A DNA stretch of 63,888 nt, filler included, from Octopus bimaculoides (taxonomy: Eukaryota), in NCBI RefSeq assembly GCF_001194135.2. It is 5 parts of 5 records of this genome, joined end to end, with 100 filler letters (N's around TTAATTAATTAA, not from the genome) between each part and the next. Parts side by side here need not be neighbours in the genome. Positions count along the whole stretch, not along the records: positions 1 to 20,004 come from NC_069002.1; 4 more parts are not named here. One strand, given 5' to 3'. Below, one piece after another: positions 1 through 12,325 of this stretch (position 1 is its first letter; every line of letters begins with the position of its first letter). The notes under the pieces are model-generated. The model was not told where the DNA came from and made no database searches. It was given only the letters and a program-made list of their open reading frames with translations. The position numbers were made by a program, and so were the translations under genes.

Positions 1-32
<32 letters not shown>

Positions 33-559
33 GTGCATATAGACTTGTGCATATTTTTTTAAGTATGTGTGTACGCGTGTATGTGATTGAATATTGATTA
101 ATATCTTAAATAAGGAGTGAAGGAAAAAATATTAAAAAAATTAGCGCTAATGCATCTTACTTAAGGCCAACGTGACCTTGAAGTTTATAAAATATAAAAT
201 GTTAATGGCAGCAAAATTGGTAACACCTTCTTCTAGAGGCTATGGCATTAATGTTCTTTTGATGAAAGATATTCTATGAAAAGGAGCCTTAGAGAAAGAA
301 TAAAAAATATGATGCCAGTTAACAGGAAAAGGGAAATGTTTTATAGCAAATAATAGCAGGGCTTGTGTTAACCCTCGTCTTTTGGATGTGACATCAAATC
401 ACAGATAGTATTTGTTACTGGGGGGCGGATACGGTGGCTTTTTTTTGTGTGCTTGTGTTTTTTTGTAAATTTTTAATAGCGATAACTATCGATATGATTA
501 AAAAACAGTAACAATAACAAAGTGTAGAAATTTTTAGAAGAAAAAACAGATGCAACGGC

Positions 560-1050
560 AATATGAAGGTGATCATCGTTATTATGAACGTCAGTACCGC
601 CACTACCACTACCACGACCCTCAGCACCACAGTTACCGTTCCAACCACCACCATCACTACGGCAACCAGTATAAAGAATGTCTCTGTCCCCACTATCAGC
701 TGCACCATCACAACAATCACAAACAGTAGCACGACCACCAAAATTTACACCAATATCCTCCTCCTCCCCATCTTCCTCCTCCTCCCCACCAACATCAACC
801 ACAACATCATCAATCTCATCATCATCCTCATCATAATCACCATCATCATCACCATCTTCCCTACTTGTACTAACCCCATAATTACCAACAGCATCGCTAA
901 TAACATCATCACCATCACCACTATCATAATGGTCTTCATCATGATCATGATCATGATCATCATCATCGCCATTATCATCATCTTCGCCTTCGTTTTCATC
1001 ATCATAATCATTATGATAATCCTAATCATCCTCGTCAGCGTCATCACACA
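560..1050. repeat. Cryptic (CAT/CAC/ATC)n low-complexity tract
   Basis: Degenerate trinucleotide sequence giving poly-I/poly-T/poly-M ORFs on both strands. Confidence 0.9.
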
Positions 1051-2022
1051 CGATGCCAACTGTATCTATGATAATAACCAGGAGAGCAAAATAATTGAAA
1101 TGCTGGGGTTTATTTTTTTCCAGGAAACACATTGTTGCCCCGAGTTCAGGGACGGGGACAAACAAAAGATACGCTAGCAATACCAAGAACAACAGCATTG
1201 TAAGCTACACAACCACACAACAATAACTAAAGCAACGTCTAGAGAAAGTTCACAACCATTAAACTACGATAATAACACCGGCAGCAGCAGTAGTAGTAGT
1301 AGTGGTAGTGGTCTAATGGTAGTGTGGTGCTCTTCGTCGACGTCTCTGCCATCGACAAAAATAAGAGGCAGGAAACCTACCAACAACGCCACCTGAACGT
1401 ACCGGAACAAAAAGCAGCAGCGACACATTTATTATGAACACCGCCACGACCACTACAACCAGCACTTCGAACATCACAAGCCACACCAACATTGATAACA
1501 ACGGGAAAATAATGCACCACCACCACCACCAACAGCAACAACACCGCCAATAACAGCATAGAAATAGCAACAGTAGCTAGAGAAAAAAAAAAGAACAAAT
1601 AAACCTCAGTATACTCCACATGATGCTTTACACACATGCAACCCAAAAAACAAGCAGATAACAATGATGGAAAAAAAGCAACAATACCACAAACAAACAA
1701 TACATTCATAAGTTACATCATCAACACTACCGACACAAAAAAATACAACACGAAAGTGCTAACAATTCATGTACGTTATCTATATATATATATATATATA
1801 TATGCACATGTAAAGATAGATACATGTATGGTGCATTTATGTGAGTGTGTGTTTGTTTCTGACAAGGTTAGCAATCAAACAATCAGAAGAATTATGTTAG
1901 TTCATAGTGACATTAGCAGAAGATAGTAATTAAAGCATCATCAGAAATAGATCTAATACACTGTGAGCCAATGAGGAAGAAGTGTGGGGTGTTAACGGAA
2001 ACTTATGTAGATAGGAATACAC

Positions 2023-2070
<48 letters not shown>

Positions 2071-2084
2071 ATCACTTAAACTTT

Positions 2085-2248
2085 TTTTTATTTTCTCTCC
2101 CTGTTTATTTCTCTGTTCCTTTCTGTCGAAGAGCGTAGGCTCGAAACGTAAGAGACTTTCTCACTTCTCGAGCGTTAAACTAATACATCTTTTTGTTGTT
2201 TACACACCCGTTTTCGTCTTTTGTTTTTTTTTGTAAATTCTCACTACA
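2085..2248 (+). mobile_element. Dispersed repeat, Penelope pseudo-LTR-like, with minimal hammerhead-like motif (copy 1)
   Basis: Same ~150-bp sequence recurs at 21105-21247 and 57925-58068. Contains CTTT-CTGTCGA-A-GAGC GTAG GCTC-GAAA-CGTA/AGAG. The Penelope assignment is inferred from this motif. Confidence 0.6.
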
Positions 2249-2951
2249 TATATAGACGTCTATGTATGTATGTGTATATATATATATGCATACATATGTG
2301 TTTGTGTGTTTGTGCATGCATGTATGTATAGATAGATAGATAGATAGATGTATTATTTATGTCGCTCCACGGTAACTGTTGTGAATTTGCGTATAGAAAT
2401 TGAGATATATATATATATATATATANNNNNNNNNNNNNNNNNNNNNNNNNNNNNNNNNNNNNNNNNNNNNNNNNNNNNNNNNNNNNNNNNNNNNNNNNNN
2501 NNNNNNNNNNNNNNNNNNNNNNNNNNNNNNNNNNNNNNNNNNTATTAATTCCCCTAAATCCCACTTCGGTCATGTATACAACAGGTATCGAGGATGAACA
2601 TTTGTACAATACTCGATAAAAGGAGTTTTTTCATCATTGTAACTTACACAATTCGTCCAATATTGAAAGCAAGCAGAATTTTGATAAGCTGACAGAAAAC
2701 TATAGCTGCAATAACGTAATAAACATCACAATATGGCCGACTACCAATGCCATGAGAATTTTCTAAGATCAGCACATAAATATTCTAGAAAAGATTCTCA
2801 TTAAATAATAAGCTGCACAAATATGTTCGTTTCTCTTACAGCAGGATTTAATCCTCTTTTAAAACGATAGAAACTGGAAGCGTAATTTAGCGAAATTTGA
2901 TTTGATTCTATTCATTCTTTTCACTGATAACTACTGTAATAGAATTTCCGT

Positions 2952-2998
<47 letters not shown>

Positions 2999-3042
2999 TT
3001 TGTGTGTGGGTGTGCATGTATGTGTGTATACATATATATATT

Positions 3043-3965
3043 TATAGTAAATAATAAAATTTAAAGAAGAAACACAAATGAGAAAATAATCTTATATTTA
3101 TGACATATATTAATACAACAAATACATTAAGACACTCGGAGCATATCAAATGTATTATTTAAGAATACAATAGAAATAAGAAATATATGGAATAAAATTA
3201 CACATGAAAATGTAAGCAAGAACAATTTCGAGATGTGGAGTGATATAGCGAAGCTAAGAAAACCTTATTAAAAATTTAGAATTAAAAATTAGAGATTATA
3301 AATTACAACGACGGCAATGCGAAATTTTAATGAGGAATTTATAATTTCTTTAATTTTCTGCTTTCCCATCATGCTTAGCCAAGTCGATATTAAATTATTC
3401 AATATCTAACCCTATAACTGGTGACCAGCATTTTGTAGCCTTAAATGAAATTTCTTTGCTCTATATCTTCTTTCGAACCTTGCTCTCTATTTTTCTGATG
3501 AAGACATTGTCTTTACGTGATATATAAAAATGACACCTAACCAGGTCAAATGGACTCCTAAAACGGCCATAAAATATAACTGACCTATTATTATAACCAG
3601 TTATATGTATTTTTTAGAACTCTTCAAATAAATATATTTCTCTGACTATTAAAATCCTTGTTAAGGTCTGTCACTGCCGTCAATGTAATTTCAAAACTTT
3701 TTATGTACAATTTTTTAATTCTAAATTTTTAAGTTTAATTTTTAATAAGGTTTTCTTAGATTCGCTATATCACTGCATATCAGGATTTTTTTTTTGCTTA
3801 TATTTTCATGTGTAATTTTATTTTATATATTTTTCATTTCTAATAAATAATATGTTCTGAATGTTTTAATGTATGTGTTGTATTAATGCATGTCATATAT
3901 ACAAAATTATTATCTAATTTGTGTTACTTCTGGAAATTATATATTTATAATTATATTATTTATTA
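3043..3965. repeat. Long imperfect inverted repeat (~300-bp arms, ~300-bp spacer)
   Basis: 3043-3345 is reverse-complement similar to ~3640-3965, e.g. GTGATATAGCGAAGCTAAGAAAACCTTATTAAAAATT vs AATTTTTAATAAGGTTTTCTTAGATTCGCTATATCAC. Confidence 0.85.
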
Positions 3966-4031
3966 TCGAGCATCTCCGGGTTCAGCCTGAGCACTTAGAA
4001 GCAGTTCTATAATTTTTCGAAAGGAAAAGCA

Positions 4032-4072
<41 letters not shown>

Positions 4073-4299
4073 TTCCAGTTGCTATTTTCGGAAAGAGTTC
4101 CTCCTGTCTCCTCCCATTTTCNNNNNNNNNNNNNNNNNNNNNNNNNNNNNNNNNNNNNNNNNNNNNNNNNNNNNNNNNNNNNNNNNNNNNNNNNNNNNNN
4201 NNNNNNNNNNNNNNNNNNNNNNNNNNNNNNNNNNNNNNNNNNNNNNNNNNNNNNNNNNNNNNNNNNNNNNNNNNNNNNNNNNNNNNNNNNNNNNNNNNN

Positions 4300-4585
4300 C
4301 ACCACAGGCACATGTACCCTTAACGTAGTTCTCAGGGATATTCGGCGTGACACAGTGTGACAAGGCTGACCCTTTGAATTACAGGTACAAAAGAAACAGG
4401 AAGTAAGAGTGAGAGAAAGTTGTGGTGAAAGAGTAGAGCAGGGTTCGCCAGCATCCCCTGCCGGAGCCTCGTGGAGCTTTAGGTGTTTTCGCTCAATAAA
4501 CACTCACAACGCCCGGTCTGGGAATCGAAACCGTGATCCTATGACCGCGAGTCCGCTGCCTTAACCACTGGGCCATTGCGCCTCC
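4300..4585 (-). mobile_element. tRNA-derived SINE, family B (5' part; runs into a gap)
   Basis: Minus strand GGAGGCGCAATGGCCCAGTGGTT (A box) ... GGTTTCGATTCCC (B box). The body recurs at 45145-45272, 45781-45965 and 53871-54168. Confidence 0.85.
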
Positions 4586-4594
4586 CCTTTTTCC

Positions 4595-4985
4595 GTAACC
4601 CTAACCCTAAAACCTCAACCCTAGCCCTAGCCCTAGTCCTAAAGCCCTAACCCTAAAACACTAACCTTAACCCTAACCCTAACTAGAAACACTGTTGCAA
4701 ATTCTTTTAAAGCTAAAACTAGTACAAACTTACGAACGATGTCATAAATAACAGTGACAAACTAAATACACACGGCTGATAGTTGCTGTTAATGAACAAC
4801 AGCAGTAATTTTATTCTGCTGAATACACGTCATTGTTTGGTTGAAATTACCGAAATACGACAAATTTAACACGAAATAACTTCGAAAATAGAAAATTTTC
4901 TCAACAACACTAAGAGTAAAAGATATTCGATATGACACATTCTACCAGTATACGAAGTTTCAAAGTGTTTAGTCTAAAGAAAATT
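4595..4985. repeat. Interstitial telomere-like (AACCCT)n tract (4595-4683) at the end of a dispersed element
   Basis: About 12 degenerate CCCTAA/CCCTAG units followed by unique-looking element sequence. Confidence 0.75.
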
Positions 4986-6370
4986 AATTTATCGAGCTAC
5001 ACATGAAAAGGAAAAGATTCCTTATTTAATCGACCTCGGCGGAATTTGAACTCAGAACGTATTGACAGATGAAATAACGTTCAGCATTTCGCCCGGCGAA
5101 CTTTCCTGCCAGCTCGCTGCCTTGCCTTTGTTAAATAATGAGAAAGAACTAGAACGAGTAGCTGCCCGAAGAAATTAGATTAATTATGACTCCGAACATT
5201 CTTATCATAGCATTACTTCCTTATTTAAAATAAAGCTTAAGAATATATAAATAAAGCCGATAATTAAAATAATTATCGAAGATAATTTAATTGTTAACTG
5301 TCTAAATAATGCAGTTTAGTAGGGATAAGAGAAAGAAATGTAAAATCACATGTATGAAAGTACGCTTATAACAGTGAGTAGACAGTCTCTTTGTAAATAT
5401 GGTCTATTTTTTTTTTTCTATTCGGCCTCAACATATGTAATTAATATACACTTATTCTATGGTGTCGGCACGATCCTTGATAGTTTCAGAGTGCCACTTG
5501 ACTGTTCTCTATTATTTGCCTTTGTTGTTTTACTCCAATCTATAATTTTGCTATGTCTAGGGAGAGCCATTACGCCAATGTTAGTAAGACACCCACCGGT
5601 TCAATTTCACTCCTTTATTATTCTTCTATTACTTAAATACCTACCCAACAAACTAATCAATTGTTTGTTTAACTCTTTGATTAAACAGTTGCGAATGGCG
5701 ACAATAGAACTTTGACGAAAAGGTAACAAAGAAACGATTGACTATTTCACCAAGTTAAATATCTACCCAGCTAACTAAGCGATCATTTGTTTAACTTGTC
5801 CGTAATACACTCAGTCGTGTTTATTTTATTTTTTCGTGTAAGTTTTTCATCGTCATCTGCAAATGTTTAACCAACAGGTTAAGAAAGCGATCGGTTAGTT
5901 AGTTGGAAAGATATTCAAACAGTTGACAAAAAAAAAAAAGAAAAAACAGAGTGGAATTGAACCGTGTGTTATTAATATTAATAATACGGTAGTGAGCTGG
6001 TCGTTACGTTCTGAGTTCAAATTCCTTCGAGGTGGACTTTCCTCGTCGTCGTAACCGACGGATGTCCACGATATATATATATATATAACAAATGAAAGAC
6101 AGAAGATGGAATATAGGAGAATTTATTATTAATCCCGACAATTTATATATATATACATATTTATATATATATAAAGTACTCGTATAATAGTCATGTAGAA
6201 GACGAAACAACATATTCTTCCTACTCATAGTAAATTTTCATCAAACTTGCAAGTAATATATATATATATATATATATGCATTTGTGTGTATATCTGGACA
6301 TATGTATGTTTGTATGTATTAACTATCTATATATCTATTCAGAGGGTAGGCGGCACACATCCATATTGGT

Positions 6371-6528
6371 TTGAAAGTTTGGCACAAAGATATCGATCTG
6401 CGGGAAGGGATTAAGTCGATTACATCGAACCCAGAGCTCCACTAGTTCTTCAATGATCGACTCCAAATGGTTGAATAAGAAAGACGACCTCGACGGAATT
6501 TGAGATCAGAGCGCAAGGACAGACGAGG
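6371..6528 (-). mobile_element. SINE family A, diverged
   Basis: Reverse-complement similarity to 43630-43790. Further diverged or partial copies lie near 5025-5123, 11385-11450, 22855-23003 and 38150-38210. Confidence 0.65.
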
Positions 6529-6584
6529 TTTTAGTGAAACCTCTGCACCTTAGGAACATTTCTATATCATTATTTTATCTATTT

Positions 6585-7103
6585 CAGGGCTGGGGAAACT
6601 TTTTAGTACAGTGGTTAAAAATGTCAGAAAAAAAATAAAAGGTCTGCGGGCGGATCGCAAGTTCTCTCTCTTATATCTGTGTAGATCTTGTACAAATCTA
6701 TGCATAATTTGATATAGATTATTAAAAATATGTATAACACATTAAATTGACACGTAACACCTTCATTAACGCCGCCACTCAATTTAGGACATTTACATTA
6801 CTTATAAAGTATTCTATATTTTTCTGCTAGAGTGTAGTTGGGTCTCAAAGAGATGGTAAAAACCTAGCCATATGTGTTCTTTCGTGAAAACAAAATTTCC
6901 ATTCAAATGGCAATTACCGGACAACTTTGTGTTCAAGTCGAATCGTTTTAAGTCGTAGTGGAAACGCGCCCTATGTCTCAAATAGGCATACGCATATTGT
7001 ATGAATTTTATAATTGGAAAATTTACTATATTTTGTACGTACTAGTGTGTCAGCCTGCGGGAGGAATAAAATGGTCTTGTGGGCGGGGATTTCACCACCC
7101 CTG
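6585..7103. mobile_element. hAT (Charlie-like) MITE
   Basis: TIRs CAGGGCTGGGGAAA / TTTCACCACCCCTG, with 8-bp target duplication ATCTATTT / ATCTATAT (7/8 match). Confidence 0.8.
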
Positions 7104-7274
7104 ATCTATATAAACCGCAATATGACACAGAAAGAAAACGCAAAAGAAAAATCCCACACAAGAATACATTACACACGCATGAAGGCGAACACGTTCATGC
7201 ACATTACCAGGAAAACACGTGAGCAGTTAATTACGAGCCAGCACTGAACGTCACGACGTGCTGGATATCTGATA

Positions 7275-7745
7275 CAGTAATCCCTCGATTATCGCGGTTG
7301 TTACGTTTCAAAACCTCCTGAGACAATCAGCGAAAATGAAACAGTACTGTACTCTCTCTATATTTTAATTATTTCTATTATTTTTATAATTTGTTTACAT
7401 TTACTTTACTATAAATGCAAACCAATACCACAAACTCGCCTCCCAAGTTTCATTTTCCATACAATATGTGCGATTCTCTTCGTTTGCTCATCTACGGTAC
7501 ACTACGTATTTTCTTTTAACATATTTTAATTAATGTATTATACAGTGCAGTTCTCTACTCTCTTTTTATTTATTAATTTTTGAGGCGTGAAAATGCTCAT
7601 TTTATCAGAGAAATAATTAAAATCTAAATAAGTATAAATACCTATCGGCCGCAGAAACCCGCGATATACTGAGGAGTCCGTGATATAAATTTAAATATAT
7701 TAGCCCGAAAAATCAGCGATGTACTGATTGCGCGAAGGGTTACTG
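7275..7745. mobile_element. Tigger/pogo-like MITE
   Basis: TA|CAGTAATCCCTCG ... CGAAGGGTTACTG|TA terminal inverted repeats with TA target duplication. Confidence 0.8.
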
Positions 7746-8129
7746 TAAACTTTAAAATATGGACATGAATTATAATTCATAAATCATTTGTAGTATGTCC
7801 GAGATATAATGCTTGACATCACTGAACGGTGGAATCGAGACATTGCGAGGTAATGGTTGCTTCGTTGAGGATCTGTTGAATGGTAGGGTACGTCCTTGTT
7901 AACGGTGAGTCTTAAAACTCGGTGTGACATGAGGAGTTTATTTATTTCACCTATAATATTTGACAACTATACTTACCATGAATACTGCGTAGTATGTGTA
8001 CAGAGTGAGATAGTGCTTTTACACACACACCACCACGACCACACATGTGAGTGTAAATAATTGTATTTGTGCGTTTGTGTGTCTGTGCATGTCTCTATTT
8101 GTGTATATCGTTATGTTCACATACAGACC

Positions 8130-9240
8130 CATTATTAATCGCGCGAAGTCTACAAGTACAACGGATACTGCATAGTAGTTGTATTGAATGAAGTAATGTT
8201 TTCCTAAAAGATCTTAATGATTGTGTTTATGTACCGCATTTTGATTATTGGGTATGAATGCATTTGGGCGTGTGTAATCGCGTTGAATTCTTCATTTCCG
8301 CGAAGATTTCTTTAGCCTCATAAGATATTATCTCGATGTTTCTAAATTCAGTGAACGGGAATATATATTCTGTTGCTAGATTTTTTCTGTTTTGGCAAGA
8401 TTTATTGTAATTATACTATTTATGTTTGATGCACAACTATAACTTAGAATTTGAATGATTCTTATTAAATAGACTTTATAATGTTGTTTATCATGAAATA
8501 TTTACTAATGAGTTATAATAGATGTTTAACTATTGCTTATTTTGACGTTTAACGAGAAAATGATTTTGTACCTAATGATGGTATATCAGGAAAGGTCTAT
8601 TCAGAAGGTCTAACAGATGTTTAATCTTTTTCCATTTGACGTATTATGAGAAAAAGGTTTTGAACCTCATGTTTATCAGAAATTTATTTTCGTTTAGTGG
8701 ATGACAGGGAATAGTTCTAGCGTGGTTATTATTTATAAATCTTGTTGATGCCCTTAAAGATCACGAGACTACGATACCGAAAGCATTTTCATTACAAAGC
8801 AAAGATTTGTACTCGTAAAATTTTTCTCGTTTGGTTAAATAGGCTGTTAATATCCTGGCGCTTTTCGCTTGGTTTCTTTTGTTGTTTAATCTTGTTTAAA
8901 CTTGTTAGCGTTTAAGTTTCTAGTAACATCTACGGATTTGGCTATACTTATGTTAGCTGATATGGTTGTATTAGCAGCAAAATTGATAACAACTTTAGAA
9001 AAGTGCTTTACGAATATGAAGAAAGTAATTTTTATTTTCCGTTGGCATATGCTGATACGGTAATCCAGCATCAATATAACCACGTATTTATCGCGGTATG
9101 TACGGGCGATTTAAATTCATTGGTATCTCATGTCTATGTTCTATTTGATAATGCCATACAAATTAGTATTTGTTACGAGAAGTCTAAGTTTTTCGAGCTG
9201 GTATAATTATGTCTGTTCAGTATTCATTAATAGCGTTGTA
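8130..9240 (-). mobile_element. Decayed Penelope-like retroelement (RT C-terminal part and linker towards the GIY-YIG domain)
   Basis: Frameshifted minus-strand peptides YRDKYVV, QRKIKITFF, ISANISIAKSVDVTRNLNANKFK, LCNENAF, FSLNVK, LISKYF, FNKN and LSYSCASNINSII follow the Penelope-type order LYRDD..FLDVTFNL..LSSNE..PPFSxNVK..LIDKHF..KIFNRN..SYSC. Confidence 0.78.
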
Positions 9241-9645
9241 TATATTAGTAACATTTAAAGCACTGGTGAGCTGAAATTGGATGTGATGTAACAGAAATCG
9301 GCAAAGTCTAATTGAGTGAGATGGAGCTCAGTTTTATTACTAATTTTATTAAACCTATTGAATGCAAAGTTACTATTCTTCCATTAACGGAGGACATTGG
9401 CATGCCTAAATCTAACATTAATGTTATTTAATAAGTTTTGGTTAATTAATCCGGTGTACTACTAGTGAGATCGATTAATTTCCATTTAGGAGGAAAGACA
9501 CAGTTTTCCTTTGTCTTCTTAGAAATCCATGTATAGTCTATTTTTAGTTTGACTTCAATAAGTTATGGCTATACATACATACATACATACATACATACAA
9601 ACAAACGCACGCACAAACACTATATATATATATATACATATTTAA

Positions 9646-9966
9646 AGAAAAGAAGGGTAAAGATACCGCTTGCTAAAATATTAAAACGGAAGCTTAAAAA
9701 AAAACCCCACCAATTCTACGATAAATACACACACACGAGCAATGCAATGAATATTTAAAAAAATAGGCCTACCTTCAGGATGAAATTTGAAGGAGTCTCA
9801 TATGGAGTATGTACTAGACTACCTTGAAATTTAATCCAGGTCTACTCTTTAAAATATTCATTACATTGCTCGTGTGTGTATTTATCGTAGAATTGGTGTT
9901 TTTTTTAAGCTTTCGCTTGCATTTTTTTCTTTTTTTTTGCAAGCGGTATTTTTACCCTCCTTTTCG
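9646..9966. mobile_element. Almost fully palindromic (fold-back) MITE flanked by TTAA
   Basis: About 150-bp arms are reverse complements (e.g. CACCAATTCTACGATAAATACACAC / GTGTGTATTTATCGTAGAATTGGTG) around a ~17-nt spacer. TTAA at 9642-9645 and 9967-9970. Confidence 0.75.
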
Positions 9967-10189
9967 TTAAATATGTTATACCTGTTTAGGTAGAAGTCTT
10001 GCTAGCCACCTCATTATTACTGTTTTTAACAGTAATAATACTTCACATATTTACTTATATATATAGGTATGTATGTATGTGTATTTGAGTACTCTTTTTT
10101 CCACCTTGTTGCACATTTATGTGCTTACACCGGTATATATATATATGTATGTGTGTTTGTATTATATATCTATGTACTCGTGTCCTTGT

Positions 10190-10416
10190 TTACATGTTTT
10201 TCTCCCCGATCACCGCTCCACAACCTGTGTTGGTGTATTTTTACATCCTCGTAATGTAGCAGTTCGGCAAAAGACACCGATAGAAAAATGTACTCAGCTT
10301 AAAAACTATGAAATTGTGGGGTCGATTTGTTTGACTAAAAACTCTTGAAGGCGGTGCTCCAGCATGGCTGCCGTCAAATGACTGAACGAAATAAAAGATT
10401 AAAACAATAAAAGAAT
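10190..10416 (+). mobile_element. SINE family C, 3' part
   Basis: AGCAGTTCGGCAAAAGACACCGATAG...GAAGGCGGTGCTCCAGCATGGC..CAAATGACTGAA. Confidence 0.8.
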
Positions 10417-12199
10417 AATTATACAGTCGTGTATCGATGTGTAATTATATGACGGTGTTAGTAATATTATTTTTAGTTCAGCATTTCGATTGATTAACAA
10501 CTAGCATAAGGCTTCCCTATGATTATCAACACAGTGCTCCCTTACGAGGATATAAAAAAAGTGGAGCATTAACAAATATCTGCAACGTTGCAGTGTAGGA
10601 TTTCATGAAGAAATTTCTATTGAGTGAAAAGCACAATACTGTACCGGTCTCATTTACCATCTACATTTGTTACTTTAAAATAGTCTGATTTTATTTTCTG
10701 GAAGTCTTCATTTTATGGGAAAACTTACAATTTCCCAAACACTGATTCTCAAAATTATTTGAGCAGAGAAATTAATTCCAAGAGACAAGTTTAGAACAAT
10801 GTGTGTACAAGCGAGAACGAAATTCACACGCGTGAGCGCACGCACACACACATATGCGTGTGTGTGTGTATATATATANNNNNNNNNNNNNNNNNNNNNN
10901 NNNNNNNNNNNNNNNNNNNNNNNNNNNNNNNNNNNNNNNNNNNNNNNNNNNNNNNNNNNNNNNNNNNNNNNNNNNNNNNNNNNNNNNNNNNNNNNNNNNN
11001 NNNNNNNNNNNNNNNNNNNNNNNNNNNNNNNNNNNNNNNNNNNNNNTATATATACATGCATACGCTTTTGTGTATATATGAATGTATATGGTTTCTCTAA
11101 ACATAGGAAAGGCTGGCTTTTCTCTAGGGCAAATTAAAGACCACTGTCTTCATGTTTAAGTATTCGTAATGTGGAATGCTTATATAAGCTTATTAATCCT
11201 CTATAATTTATTTGAAACACCTCTGATCCAGCATCTGCTTATGGCCCAAGAACTGTTTCATTTCTCTGTTCATGAGTGTTTCAATGGCCTGTAGTTTGCA
11301 CCTTTTCTTTGTTTCAAGACAAAAGTATCATGCGATTGCACCTGCATCAAATTAACATTACCAGTTTCGGAATTAAAAATCAATATCGGCAGAAACTGAA
11401 CACAATGTCGCCAAGCATTTTCCCGGCGTGCTAATCATTCTACCAAGTGATATTCATGATATGTTTGTTGTAAATAATGTAATAGAGCAGATGACTGTAA
11501 TTAAATAATTATCTCGAAATTAATAACATCTATAATCTTACAATCTGGTATTTTTCTAACAAAGACGCGTAACCCAGGGTGATTAGGGTGTTGAACACAT
11601 TAACGCTATACCATGGTTTCGATTCTTTGACCGGGAAGTAACCTTCCCGAACAGACGACGTGCTGTGCCTCGGTCACTTATAACCGTTGGAAGCCGTGTA
11701 ACCAGCAATGAGGCCCAGAATAATGCACAGCAATATCCATGAGTTAATGGTGATGATAGACTTTGTATACATTAAAGCAACACATTTTGAACTCTAAATA
11801 CTGGGAAAAGTACAACACAGCAATTCATATGCTTAACATAAGCAAATGCCTCCGCCAGAGACGGTATTTGATGGGATGCTTTTAATATAAACTATTTCAA
11901 TGATTAAAAAAAAAAACATTAGCTATGACAGACGATGTAACTGAAATTTGACCTTAGAACATGAGTTAACAAGTTTGACTTAGAACAAAGCTAGAACTGT
12001 TCTTTTCGATTCGATGCAGCTCCGAAAAGAAATATAAGAGGCACACACATAATAAAACAAACTGTGCTGAAGGCGTGTAGCTTAGTAATGGTATTTGGCT
12101 TACAATCATGTGGTTGTAATTTCGATTCAGCAAGACATATTCCGTGTTGCTCCAATCCACTCAAAAAATGAGCTGTGCCTGTCTTTCAAATGACCGGTC

Positions 12200-12325
12200 T
12201 TGCCACTTTCTCGCTAAGAGTACGCATGTTTGTGGTGAGCTCAACTACTTGTCTTAGATTCACGAGCCGGCTGTTCCGTTGATCAGATGAACTCGGAAAC
12301 TCATCGTCGCAAGCGACGGAGTACT
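12200..12325 (+). mobile_element. SINE family B 3' fragment
   Basis: GGCTGTTCCGTTGATCAG...CATCGTCGCAAGCGACGGAGT aligns with 54105-54165. Confidence 0.6.

Noticed and set aside
415-1709. Overlapping ORFs of 85-204 aa on both strands
   Set aside because: They are translations of degenerate CAT/CAC/CAA trinucleotide repeats (poly-I, -T, -M, -V) with no domain-like sequence.
3495-3520. CTGATGA-A-GAC ATT GTC, a hammerhead 5' half
   Set aside because: GAAA is replaced by TTTA and there is no NUH site, so it is at most a dead relic.
4500-4585. tRNA-like sequences with A/B boxes (also 45180-45272, 47165-47240, 11585-11640)
   Set aside because: They continue into SINE bodies and lack a complete cloverleaf or acceptor stem, so they are SINE heads rather than tRNA genes.
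7968-7990. ATACTTACC (U1 snRNA 5' end-like, or a strong minus-strand donor); other lone donors at 155-160 and 16821-16826
   Set aside because: No U1 body follows, and none pairs with both a convincing acceptor and an open frame.
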